DNA of 64,000 bases. It comes from Carcharhinus amblyrhynchos. Its lineage: Eukaryota. The stretch spans positions 31,620,001 to 31,684,000 of the forward strand of contig OZ336883.1 in assembly GCA_965287045.1 (NCBI GenBank). Direction: 5' to 3'. The position numbers and the translations under genes are program-made. This document shows positions 39,680 through 50,863 of this stretch, piece after piece (the first letter of the stretch is position 1; every line of letters begins with the position of its first letter). The notes under the pieces were generated by a model that was not told the origin of the DNA, searched no databases, and saw nothing but the letters and a program-made list of their open reading frames with translations.

Positions 39680-39715
39680 CACCTGAAGAAGAGGGAAACC
39701 CCTCGAAAGCTAGTG
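39680..39715 (+). ncRNA. Minimal type I hammerhead ribozyme (PLE-associated)
   Basis: CAC-CTGAAGA-A-GAGGG(aaac)CCCTC-GAAA-GC-TA-GTG: P1 CAC/GTG, intact core, 5-bp P2, palindromic AGCT P3. Confidence 0.8.
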
Positions 39716-39848
39716 AGTTTACTATCAAATAAATCGGTTGGACTTAAACCTGGTGTTGTCAGATTTTTTACTTTTCATACAGGTGGCATGACTGAGATCT
39801 CTTTGAACCTTATTAAATTGAACTTAACCTTTATTCTTTGGGTGCTAG

Positions 39849-39948
39849 CAAATCATGAAGGATCGATGGATTAATGCAGGCCATGATGATGATGAGCTTC
39901 GACCTTTTGTAGAACCAGATTTGGATATCACAGACTCCAAGAGAATAG
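39849..39948 (+). CDS. MARK3: MARK3 exon (~10): [33 protein letters not shown]
   Basis: Acceptor gctag|, donor ATAG|gtgagt; 100 nt; end of kinase domain and acidic CD-like linker. Confidence 0.96.
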
Positions 39949-40399
39949 GTGAGTATGAATCAACCGTTGCACTGAGTTTGTTATTTGCTTTATTGTGGCA
40001 CTGAGGAATATTCCGGGTTAAGGTTTCAAATTTCATACAGTTCAACAAGGAGCTCCCCACTTGAATCAGAGACATTCAGCATAGCAAACACCCAAACTCA
40101 GCTTGAAGAGGAGATCACATAATCAGCAATGAATACAGTGAAAAGTTGAGAGAAGGGAAGTAAATTGTTGTTTCATTTGTCTTTGCTGAACAGCTTGGAA
40201 GTGTAATCTCTGAACTAGTTGCTTGCCAACTTCATTTACCTCCCATTATGACCTCTCTGTCGCTAGCTTTTTGCATTGTTCCAATGAAGCACAACAAAGT
40301 TCAGGGAACAGGATTTTATCCTTAGGTTAAACTCTTTCGAACTTCCAAACTGTACATTAATTTCAATAATTTTGGATTATAACCATTACTGTCATAATT

Positions 40400-40760
40400 T
40401 TTGGGCAGTCAGTGCTGGTAGTGCCATTGTCGCTACCTGTTATAGAATTTGTACAATCACCTTCTGTCTCTTGATGTCTTCTTACTCCGTCCTTTTGTCT
40501 TGCCACATCTCTTATCATTTAAATTACTCTGCCTTCCACCCTATCACAGTCTTTCCCTTTATTCTGGCCTTCACTCTTTCCCACTTTTCTCTGACGCCGC
40601 ACTAGGTAATAAACTTAAATGTGTAATTTCTCCCAGTTTTGATAAAAGGTCATTGGCATGAAAAGTGAGCTTTGTTTATATTTCCACAGATGCTGTCTAA
40701 TGCTGAATATTTCCATCATTTTCTGTTTTAATTTTAGATTTCCAGCATTCATGGCATTTT
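40400..40760 (+). mobile_element. PLE 3' fragment (second family)
   Basis: Pyrimidine-rich tract, then ttttgataaaaggtcattggcatgaaa..ttccacagatgctg..gctgaatatttcca..gatttccagcat. Confidence 0.5.
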
Positions 40761-41084
40761 GTCCTTTTTAACTGATAATGCATTTTATTCTTGTAACAAT
40801 GTTTGCAGCATCTGATGAGGAGTAATTGGGACTGGACAGGAAAAATAACTTTTATATTGTCTGCTTTATGCACTGAAAAAGAAAACATAAAATGTAGACT
40901 CCGCAGATTAAACAGCATTGTTAATTGTAATACATTTGAATTGTGAAACTGCAACTTATTTCATTCCTTTTTGCGACTATCATCTAAAGCCCTAAGCCCC
41001 CTCATACTTTAACATGGTATGTTCCAATCCATTTCTCTTATTTTATAATTGAAATATTGTGAGTTTGCAATTTTTAATTTCCTT

Positions 41085-41560
41085 ATATAGAAACATTGAA
41101 TGGTTACGGTACAGAAGAAAGCCATTCAACGTGTCATGACCTACCAGCTCAGTTAGATCCACTAACCCACCTTTTCTCCATAGCCTTGTGTAGATTACCT
41201 TTATAAGGCTTCAATTGAATCTACCTCGACCAAACTTTCACATGATACGTTCCAGATCCTAGCCAGTCGCCAGGTGAAAATTGTTTTTTCTCCTTCTATT
41301 CACATTCACCTTAAATCCGTATACTCCGGTTCTCAATCCTTCTGCCAACAGGAACAGTTTCTCCCTGTTTATTCTGTCCGACCACTCATAATTTTGAATA
41401 CCTCCTATCAAATCTCCTCTTAATCTTCATTTCCTCAAGCAAAACAGTCCTAGTTTCTCCAATATAACTGAAGTTCTTCATCCTTGTGAATCTTTTCTGC
41501 ACCCTGTCTAATATCTTCATATCCTTCCTGTAGTGTGGTGTCCAGAAATTAACATGTACC
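41085..41560 (-). mobile_element. CR1 LINE 3' fragment
   Basis: FWTPHYRKDMKILDRVQKRFTRMK in ORF 41386..41625. Confidence 0.85.
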
Positions 41561-41934
41561 ACGTGGAGTGCAGCGGCAGAAAACATTGCACCACCACCTT
41601 CTTGCAGGCAGTTGGGGATGGGCAACTAATGTTGACCTAGCCAGCGATGCTCAAATCTTTTGAAGGAATGCAAAAGGTCTGATCCCACTACTCTCTTTCC
41701 TATCATTCAGCCACTCTGTATTCGTGCTGCTACTGCCCCTTTTATTCAATAAGCTCTAACTTGCTTATAAGCTTAACACATTGCATTTTGTCAAATGTTT
41801 TTTAAAGGCCATGTATGCCACATTAACTGCATTATCTCTCATCAATCTGATGTTACATCTTCTCAAGAAAATTAGTTCAACTCGGTTTATCCCGGACAAA
41901 TCAATGAATCCACATTAATCCAAGCGACTTAACT

Positions 41935-42480
41935 TTTTAAAAATATATTTTTAATTTTTTACAATTAACACAACAAACTCTCGAAGATGACATGATCATT
42001 TTCAAATAAATACATGTAGGAAGAGGCAGAAAAAAAAACCAACACAGTTGGTTCGGATTATTTGTTGAATCCAGCGCCACCCATCATACGAGCAATGAAA
42101 GGATATATCGAAGAATGGGGAGTTACAGGATGCAGCCACAATTGGCTCAGCAGTACGCACCAAGCTTTCTGTTACAGGCGAAAGAGCTATAGAACAAATG
42201 GAAAGCAAATCTTATAGTTGCTTACTCAGCTATAAAAAAATATAGGATATTAGCACAGGTAAAATGGCAGTTAAATTGCCAAGGATTTTTGTGTCACACT
42301 TGGTCATGCACCAAAGGATGTTCCCCCCATTCCCCAGCAGGTCCCAATGATACAATACAATATATTTTTCCAAGATATATAGTCTGTCTATCCCATAACA
42401 GAAGTGAATCAGAGATTCTATAACTCTAACACAACTCAAATACAAAAAATACACGAGCCCATAAGTTAGAGGGGGGTTTT
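41935..42480 (-). mobile_element. Possible L1-like LINE 3' fragment nested in CR1 (CR1 pieces ~41800-41930 and ~42530-43035)
   Basis: T-rich end on the + strand and a Trp/Cys-rich decayed antisense peptide; flanking CR1 RT motif DEMHPRILRE in ORF 42618..42842. Confidence 0.4.
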
Positions 42481-43479
42481 CCTCATGAGGACTTGTGTGG
42501 CCCTACTCATTACCTCCATATTAAACCAGTGGTAACTTAATTTTGAACCTGATTTTCGTTTCTAAAAGCTTTTCCACCACACTTCTAAATTGACATGCTT
42601 GTAGTTACTGGGTTATCCTACCACCCCTTCTTTAAACAAGGGCATGGCATCTGAGATTTTGCCAGTCCCCTGGCACCATCTCTGTATCTAAGGAGGATTG
42701 GAAGATAATGGTCAATGCCTTTTGCAATTTCCATTCTGATTTCCCTCAAAATCCTTGGATGCATCTCATCCAGCTCTGTAACATATAAACTTTTAAGTAC
42801 AACCGTTGCTTCCTCTAATTGCTCCTCTTTATCAACATTCACCTATGCGGTGTCTCAACTACCTTTTTATTAAGACTTGGGCAGTATGTTCTTTTTTAGT
42901 AAAGATAGGTGCAGTATACCTATTTCGTACTTCAGCCATACCCCTTGCCTCCAAATATAAATGTTCTCTTTGGTCCCTACTTGACCCCACTTTTACTAGC
43001 ATTATACTGTTCATGTGTCCACAGAAGACCTTTGGATTCCCTTTTATGTTGACATAAATGTTAGTATATTTTGTAGTTTATCCAATCAACTGAACAGAGA
43101 GCTACTTACTTACATTTGAAATGTTTTTGTAATATACATGTAAAACAAGATAAATCAGTACTATAGTTTTAATGAATACCTGAGCTTCCCTGTTCTTAAC
43201 TGTTTGCATTTAAGAAGAATTTGATTATTCATTATACAAGTCACTTTTCATACCTCTGAGTTTATGTTAAATTGTAACTCTCATTACCATTCCATTCTAG
43301 GGGAGGCACAGAGGTTAGCACTGCTGCCTCACAGCACCAGGGACCTGGGTTCAATTCCGGGCTTGGGTCACTGTCTGTGCAGAGTCTGCATGTTCTCCCC
43401 ATGTCTACATAGGTTTCCTCCAGTTTCCTCCCACAGTCCAAAAGATGTGCTGGCTAGGTGCATTGGCATGCTAAATTTT

Positions 43480-43701
43480 GATGTGGATGTGCCGGCGTTG
43501 GACTGGGGTAAACACAGCAAAAAGTCTGACAACACCAGGTTTTAGTCCAACCGATTTATTTGATAGTAAATGCACAAGCTTTCAGGTTGGTCCCTTTGTC
43601 AGGTGAACATTCACCTGACGAAGGGACCAACCCGAAAGCTTGTGCATTTGCTATCAAATAAATCGGTTGGACTAAAACCTGGTGTTGTCAGACTTTTTAC
43701 T
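43480..43701. mobile_element. Non-autonomous palindromic Penelope-like mini element (222 bp) nested in a SINE
   Basis: Arms 43516-43607 and 43610-43701 around a 2-nt loop (aggtgaa-ca-ttcacct); 36-nt left tail; 12-bp TSD atgctaaatttt (43468-43479, 43702-43713); same terminal sequence as the 38.5-39.8 kb element. Confidence 0.92.
43612..43644 (+). ncRNA. Minimal type I hammerhead ribozyme
   Basis: CAC-CTGACGA-A-GGG(accaa)CCC-GAAA-GC-TT-GTG; the opposite-arm copy (43573-43605, - strand) has CpG-decay changes in the core (CTGACAA). Confidence 0.7.
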
Positions 43702-44495
43702 ATGCTAAATTTTCCCAGTGTACCCAAACAGGCGCTGGAGTGTGGCGACGAGGGGATTTTCACAGCAACTTTATTGCAGTGTTAATGTAAGCTTTATTTG
43801 TGACATTGATAAATCAACTTCAACTTAAACTTGAAGCTCTATTTTGATTTTTTTTCATTATTTATATAATTAAAAGTGATAGATTTCGAAACAAAGAAGC
43901 AGAAAACTTTTAGTTTTCACGCAATCAATTAATGTTACAGAACAAAGACAGAACACTCAAATGTGGCTTTAAGTTTTTCTCTACATGAGTCATCTAGCCC
44001 GGGTGTTGCCTTTAAGCACTTCAAAGTTAAGTGGAGCATTGGATTGATGTAAAATAAGACTTTCCCCCTCTTAAACTCAACATCCAGAAATAATTTTAGT
44101 TATGCAAGTGTGAATTTTCTACTTCTATTAACAGCTAATCTTTTGGTTGTAATCAACAAAGCTGTTAATTTGTGCTAAATCAAGCAGCAATATGTATGGT
44201 CCTTAAAGCCAGCTGATGTATTTTTAGCCTACCTCAGGCCTTGGTCCTAATGACAGCTGGGCACCATACCAAACCATGGTTGCCTTTAAATAAAGTTTTA
44301 TTCTTCTATGCAAGCTCAATGGTTTGAGAAAAGAAGGCAAGTGTGAAAGTTTAATATTTGTTAGTTTAAAAGATTACCAGGAAATGTGGTGTAAGGATGA
44401 GGTTAGATTTGAAAGAATATATTGGAAGATAACATTCTTTATCCGCCAACAGTTAAGACTGGTCTGTCTGAAAATTACTGATCTCTCTTTTACAG

Positions 44496-44608
44496 ATATA
44501 ATGGTTGGGATGGGTTATACCCGAGAAGAAATCCAGGAATCCCTTGCCAAAATGAAATATGACGAAATAACTGCAACATATTTGTTACTGGGTCGAAAGT
44601 CCAATGAG
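44496..44608 (+). CDS. MARK3: MARK3 exon (~11), UBA domain: (D)[37 protein letters not shown]
   Basis: Acceptor ctcttttacag|, donor GAG|gtaagc; 113 nt; MGY and YLLL UBA motifs. Confidence 0.97.
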
Positions 44609-44632
44609 GTAAGCATAAAGAAAGAAGAATAG

Positions 44633-45082
44633 GCTTGTATTTATATAGCCTCTTTCACAACTCCAAAACTTTCCAAAGTACTTAATGGCTAATGTAGTAT
44701 TTTCAAAATGGTTACTGTTGGAATGTAAAGAAATGTAACTGCCAGCGCGCAGACCGGTATGCCTCAAAAACAGTAATGAGATCAATTACCAGATAATCTT
44801 TTTTATGCTTTTCACTGAGGAACACACAACTATTAGGACACCAACTTACTCACACCTTCTCCTCTTAATTAGTATCATTGAATCTTTTTAACTCCTACCT
44901 GAGAGAGCTACAGTAAGTTGCTTTAATGTCTAATTTGAAAGGCAGTAACTACGATAATCCAACAATTCTGCAATACTGCATGAAAGCATCAGCTTTGATT
45001 ATGTGCTCAAAACTCTGGAGTGGGACTTGAACCCAGAACTATCTTAGACTAAAATGTAAGAATGTTGTCACTGAGCCAAGCA
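44633..45082 (-). mobile_element. DeuSINE (SacSINE1-like)
   Basis: cttgtatttatatagcctctttcac..ggagtgggacttgaaccc..cactgagcca. Confidence 0.7.
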
Positions 45083-45339
45083 ATCTTTGCAATCGATAAT
45101 GACCAAAATAATATTGATTGCCCTAATTTTTTTTATTTACATGACCTTAAAAGTTCTCCCATATTCCATATGCTGCCTAGAAAGCAGACAGGTGAGCCAG
45201 TCATCCATGAGCTGCACGGATAGAATAAACCCATTTGTCCAATTAATTTCCATTTTGTTTTGAAAATGCAGCTTCAGTTACCTTTCACTTTTGCATAAAT
45301 AAGATTAGAAACTGAGTGAGGAGGATTGAATTTGCAAAA

Positions 45340-46680
45340 ATATGAACAAGGAGCAGGTGTAGGTCATTCTCCTACAAGAGGAAACGTCCTGTCCCCATCC
45401 ATTCTGTCAAGACCCCTCAGAATCTTTTACATTTCAATAAAATCATCTCTTGCTCTTTTAAACTCCAGTGGATCCAAGCCTAGCTTGTCTAATCCCTTTT
45501 TCATATCAACCTGCCCATTCCAGGTATTAGTTTAATAAACCTTCTCTGAACTGCTTACAACAGAATTACATCCTTAAGTAAGGTGACCAATATTGTACAC
45601 AATATTCCAGGTGTGATATCACCAATCCACTGTGTAACGGAAGCATAACCTTCTTATTTTTGTATTCAAATCCTCTTGCAATAAGTGATAATATTCTGTT
45701 AGCTTTCCTAATTACTTGCTGTAGATGCATTCTTTCCTTTTGTGATTCATGGATTAGGGCACCTTGACCCCTCTGAATCTCAGAGCTCTGCAATCTCTCC
45801 CCATTTAAATGAAATGCTTCTCTTTTATTGTTCCTGCCAAAATGGACAATTTTATATTCTCCCATATTATTCTCCATTTGCCAGATCTTTACCCACTAAC
45901 TTAACCTATCTATATATTTTAGTAGTCTCCTTATGTTCTCTTGACAACTTATTTTCCTAGCTATCTTTGTGTCATCAGTAAATTTGTCAACCATCCTCTC
46001 CGTCCCTTCATCCAAGTCATTTGTATAAAATGTAAACAGTTGAGATCCCAGCACTGATCCCTGTGGCACACCACTCATAACATCTTGCCAACCTGAAAAA
46101 GACCCCTTCTTGCCAACTCTCTGCTTATTGTTAGCTAGCCAATCTTCTGTCCATGCCCATATGTTACCCCCTACACCATTTTCTGCAAAATTATTTGATG
46201 TGACATTTTATCAAATGCCCTTTGGAAATCTAAGTGCAGTGCACCACTGGTTCCCCTTTCTCCATAACACTTTACTTCCTCAGAGAATTCCAATAAGTTG
46301 GTTACATATGAGTTCCTTTTCACCTGGTGGCACAGTTGTTAGCACATCGCCAGGGACCTGGGTTCGATTCCCAGCTTGGGTCACTGTCTGTGTGAAGTTT
46401 GCACATTCTCCCCGTGTCTGCATGGGTTTCCTCTGGGTACTCCAGTTTCCCCTCTGTCTGCTGGTTAGTTGCATTGACCCGAACAGACACTGGAATATGG
46501 CAACTAGGGGAATTTCACAGTAACTTCATTGCAGTGTTAATGTAAGTCTTACTTGTGACTAATAAATAAACTTTAAAACTTTTGATTACCCTGAACTTAT
46601 CCAAGTGCCTCACTATAGCTTCATTAACAATAGCCTCCAACACTTTTTCTTTAACAAATATTAAGCTAAACCAGCCTGTG
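45340..46680 (-). mobile_element. CR1 LINE RT fragment with nested V-SINE (~46325-46580, + strand)
   Basis: SGVPQGSVLG..F.NDLD..KFTDDTK; KIVHFGRNN; HLEYCVQYWSPYL. Confidence 0.9.
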
Positions 46681-48603
46681 GTGTATACTTTTCTGATTGT
46701 GACATGTTGTCGTCTTCCCATGTTTACTGTACTGACTCACTATCACTTCCCTAAGGAAAATTATGGATGGGCAGTAAATAAATGGATTTGATAGCAATGG
46801 TCATATCCCATGAACAAATAAGAGGGAAAGGAGAAATTAGCATTTTTGCTACCTGATCGCTGTTTTCAGAAAAATACAATTATTAGATCAATTTTCAGGG
46901 GACAAACTGGGGTAAATGCATGGGGTTAATGGGATTGTGGTCAGTGCAGACTCGATGGGCCAAATGTAGGATTTTATGATTCTAAGTGTTGGGATAGTTT
47001 GATTCAAGAAATCTGGTGTAGGCTATGATGCAAAACATAGTAAAATGCCATTGTTGTTATTGTGCTATATTACCCTCACTTAGCTTAAATTGTGTCCCCT
47101 TGTCTTACTAATATTCTGGCTTTACCTTTCCCACAACTTCCTTGTCCATAAGATCACTTCTCAGGTGTTCATGTTCCAAGCTGTAATGTCCAAGTCTCTC
47201 ATAACTTTGAGAAGCTCTTTGACAATGGGGATCAGCCTCAGGGCTGTCTCTATAACACTTGAAAATCACCCTTGTGTCTTGGCAGCTAGAACTGGTTGCA
47301 GTGCTCAAGATTTGGTGTGGCCTTATCCACATTGATCACATTACTTCTGATTTGCATCTTCCTCTGTGGCTATGTAACCTAACATACTATTGACATTATT
47401 GATAGCTGCTCCAATTGATTCAACTTACATATTCATGGAGAACATACATGGCTTGTTTTTCTGTGTTCAATACTTCATACATATCTACATTCAATTTGAT
47501 GTTCCAACGTGTGTGCCATTTATGTATTTTATCTAACTCATTCTATAACTTTGAACTTTCTCCTTAAATTCACTGCTCTTGCTGGTTTGATTTCATCTGT
47601 AAATTTGACCATTTTACATTGGACTCCTGGATCCAGGTTTTTATTAAATTAAAATCATAATGATGATTGCATTGAGCCTTAGGGCACCTTACTTGGCATT
47701 CTGTCCTCCCTTACCCTGACATAATCCCTCTAACAGGCACTAGTTATTTCCTATTGGCCTGCCAATTTCTTACCTACTTTTAATATTTGCCCTGATTCTC
47801 TTCAACTTTCAGTTTAACTTGTTGTCTTTTGTGTGGAACTTCATCAAATGCCATTTAGCAGTCAGTGTGCTTGATAAGTCTCAGGTTTTTCACAGTCCAT
47901 ATTTGTTCAAATCTTTAATCAAAATTACTTCTGAGCACTCTGAATAGAATGGTTGGAATAAAATGTTATATTTTCCGTTGCTAGCTCAAAACCAGTTCTG
48001 AAATAAATGATTCCAATGCTTGCAAATACTTAATTTCATGTTAGTGTTTATCCCTGGCATTGCTTTCATGCTTTAGCTTTTATGTTTATCGTAAGCAGAA
48101 ACTATTAACATTATAATCTGGCTTGACCACAGGGAAATCAAACACTGTAGAGATGAAATTCAGTCACTTTACTGAATTTCAGCCACTGGCATAATTAACG
48201 CACTTTAACCCTGTTCTGTGGAATTGCTGCTGTGCATGTTCCTGGGGTTATTTTGTTTTTATAAAGGGTTTTTTTGAGATCTGCTGAGAGGATAAGGTTT
48301 GATTTAACAGCTCCTGTTAAAATAAATATATATAATGTATAGATGATAATCCTCCCACCATGATTGTATTCTTGCCTTCATGTGAGCATAGTCATGCAGA
48401 ACTTTTAAAATAGTAAATGAGGCTTAGTGAACCTTAACTGTTTCTTCATTCCTAAATATGACATTATTGCACCTGTGGAGGTTGTAGGTTGTTAATGGCA
48501 GCAAGAGTTTAATGAACTAATCTGAAACTCACTTTTGTCTCATTAATACTTTAAAGGTATTTTTGATTGCTTCTCAACTAAATTTGCTTCATTGCCCTCT
48601 TAG

Positions 48604-48760
48604 TTGGAAGTCAGTGATTCAAGCTCCAGCAGTAACCTTTCCTTAGCTAAGATCAGGCCAAGCAGTGACCTCAATAATAGTACTGGACAATCTCCTTCTC
48701 ATCATAAGGTCCAAAGAAGCATATCAGCCAATCAAAAACAACGACGGTACAGTGATCATG
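48604..48760 (+). CDS. MARK3: MARK3 exon (~12): [52 protein letters not shown]
   Basis: Acceptor ctcttag|, donor CATG|gtgagt; 157 nt; [28 protein letters not shown] is diagnostic of MARK3 rather than MARK1/2/4. Confidence 0.96.
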
Positions 48761-49120
48761 GTGAGTGCTCAGAATCATTTATCTTTAATTTGGTGAGAAA
48801 ACTGGATTGTTATTCTGTATGCTAAGTTAAATAAAGGCTTTTCTTTCTTCCAAGCTATTGCAGCAGAAAACATATTGTATATATGTAGACTAGAGCATTT
48901 TCTTAAATTTAAAGATTCCACCATCGTAAGAGCTGTGTAATTGTAGTGAATGTACATATTTAATTGAGAAAATCTGCAGATTAGCAAAATGCCGCAGCCT
49001 TGTGATTGATATACATTAGATGTACGTAATGAATTTCATAAATTCTGAGCAAGACAAATTACATAATTAATTACAGATTGAAAAGGACATAATCAGAAAA
49101 TTAACTTTTGTTTTTTAAAG

Positions 49121-49335
49121 CTGGACCCTCTATTCCACCAGTGGTATCCTATCCAAAGAGAAGTCAAACTAGCACTGCAGATAGTGACTTAAAGGAGGAA
49201 GTTCAATCAAGGAAGTCTAGCACCACAGCTGTTGGGGGAAGAGGAATTACTCCTTCCAGCCCTAAGTTGGGAAGTGCTAACAACCCTAACAAAGCAGAAA
49301 TTCCTGATCGCAAGAAGAGTTCTGTTGTAACTAGT
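49121..49335 (+). CDS. MARK3: MARK3 exon (~13): (A)[26 protein letters not shown]...[16 protein letters not shown]
   Basis: Acceptor ttttttaaag|, donor AGT|gtgagt; 215 nt; phase 1 to phase 0; MARK3-type [11 protein letters not shown]. Confidence 0.95.
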
Positions 49336-49419
49336 GTGAGTATACCAATTCTACATTTCAAATGTATTTATCATTAGTTTTGCAGTATTGTATAGAGAAG
49401 GAGGATATATAGTGGCTTT

Positions 49420-49770
49420 CATAATCACAGGATGTGCTGAGCTTTTCACAACCAATTACAAGTAATTATAATGCGATAAATAATCGGATAAACCTGTTTT
49501 GGTGATGTTGGTTGAGATAAATGTTGACTAGATTACCGGGGTAATTCCCTATTCGCTTTCGAAATGTGTAATTATATATTATGTATTCAGGTGAGAAACA
49601 ACTCCTTGGTTTAAGTCTCATCTGAATAGCTTTATTTCTCAAGGTACATGATACCACAGTCCTTCAACTCTACATTGAAGTGCCAATGATGCTGTCAAGT
49701 CTTTGGAGTGCATTTACAATACGCAACCTTCTAACTCACGAGCAAGAGTACTGTCACTGAGCCCAATCGC
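49420..49770 (-). mobile_element. DeuSINE fragment
   Basis: Same antisense family as 44633-45082 (ggtttaagtctcatctgaa..caaccttctaactc..cactgagcc). Confidence 0.55.
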
Positions 49771-50151
49771 AAACATTACTGCAGGTTATATGATTACAAA
49801 CATTTTTTAATGAGGCATTCTCTAGTAGTAGAGCAACGGGCAATGATTGCAGAGAGTTATATATCTGAATTCCAGCCTGAACAAATAATGCTCAGTGCTT
49901 TTATCAAGTAAGCTTGTGGGTTTTAGGCCAAATTGCTAAATCATGTTTTGTGGAAAGATTCAGTATCTGCTGGGAGAAGTCCACCTCCTATTTGTTAATT
50001 ATTGAATGTTGCTGCTGCTATAGAAATCTGTGTTTCAGATTATATATGATCCTAGTAGAGAAGCAATAAGGGAGAAATTTCATTATGAAATCAGCAGTGA
50101 AGCAGTTTTGAATAGTTTTGAAGAAATCAATGATTATTTATCTATTATCAG

Positions 50152-50255
50152 AATAACACGGTGTCTGGAGGAATGACCCGACGGAATACATATGTATGCA
50201 GTGAAAGAACAAATGTTGATAGGCACTCAGTATTACAGAATGGAAAAGAAAACAG
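50152..50255 (+). CDS. MARK3: MARK3 exon (~14): [34 protein letters not shown](S)
   Basis: Acceptor tatcag|, donor CAG|gtaatt; 104 nt; conserved MTRRNTYVC motif. Confidence 0.95.
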
Positions 50256-50668
50256 GTAATTATTTAGTCAAAGATGTTTTAAAGTGGTGCAGAATTCATT
50301 TTATATTAGAGCAGTTTATCTAAGCTAATTAAATAATAACCAAATGCAGCTATGTTGCAATGATAATCTCATGTACAGTATTTTAATATACCTCTTACAA
50401 TAGATCTTTTCACATGCTGAAATAGCATTGTTGCCTAAAGTTACATTGGACATAGTACTGAATTGCCTGTAGAGCACGTTATTGCTTTGCAGTTTTAAAC
50501 TGCTTTTCTTTTCCTGTCTTCTGTTATTTTAATTTAAAAGGTAAAATTGCAGCTAACTTCTTTAAACAGCATGGTGTTTGCTTTCTTTTAATTTGCACTT
50601 GTTCAACATTGTGCTCCATGTTGTATTCTGTCTGCTTCTGCCTCTATCTCAACCACACTTCATCACAG

Positions 50669-50863
50669 CCTGACAGAAATGTCTGCTTGTGCAACTAGTT
50701 CTGCGTCTGCATATGCATCTCCTCCTGCATCTACATCCGCTTCTACTACATCTTCCACTTCTGCCCGATTGCGACATCAGAAGTCAGTGTCCATGTCAGG
50801 CTCAGGGTATGCTACCAAGATGATGCCTGCAATAGACAATGAAGCAGATAACTTCCGGCCTAA
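50669..50863 (+). CDS. MARK3: Candidate symmetric cassette exon: (S)LTEMSACATSS...ARLRHQKSVSMSGSGYATKMMPAIDNEADNFRP
   Basis: Acceptor cttcatcacag|C, donor CCTAA|gtaagc; 195 nt, phase 2-2, open in frame; resembles MARK1 SLTEMS...ARPRHQKSMS and MARK2 RQHQKSMS. Confidence 0.85.

Larger units (their letters stand above)
38524..39772. mobile_element. Penelope-like retroelement, 5'-truncated, head-to-head inverted duplication encoding a GIY-YIG endonuclease fragment
   Basis: Arms ~38563-39153 and ~39179-39772 are reverse complements; peptide SANIVYLIGCKKGCPEAWYIGETMQTL..RMNEH..VGEHF..HEDGLNRD; flanked by 12-bp direct repeat tttcatacaggt (38512-38523, 39773-39784). Confidence 0.93.
43300..43830 (+). 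mobile_element. V-core tRNA SINE, split by the palindromic PLE mini element
   Basis: ggcacagaggttagcactgctgcctcacagcaccagggacctgggttcaattcc..; resumes after the TSD with cccagtgtacccaaacaggcg. Confidence 0.88.

Noticed and set aside
43300-43365. tRNA genes suggested by box A/B motifs
   Set aside because: These are SINE heads continuing into a V-core and LINE-type tail, and no full cloverleaf is evident.
43480-43701. Pre-miRNA or classical MITE
   Set aside because: The asymmetric tail, hammerhead motif and identity with the terminus of a GIY-YIG-encoding element indicate a Penelope origin.
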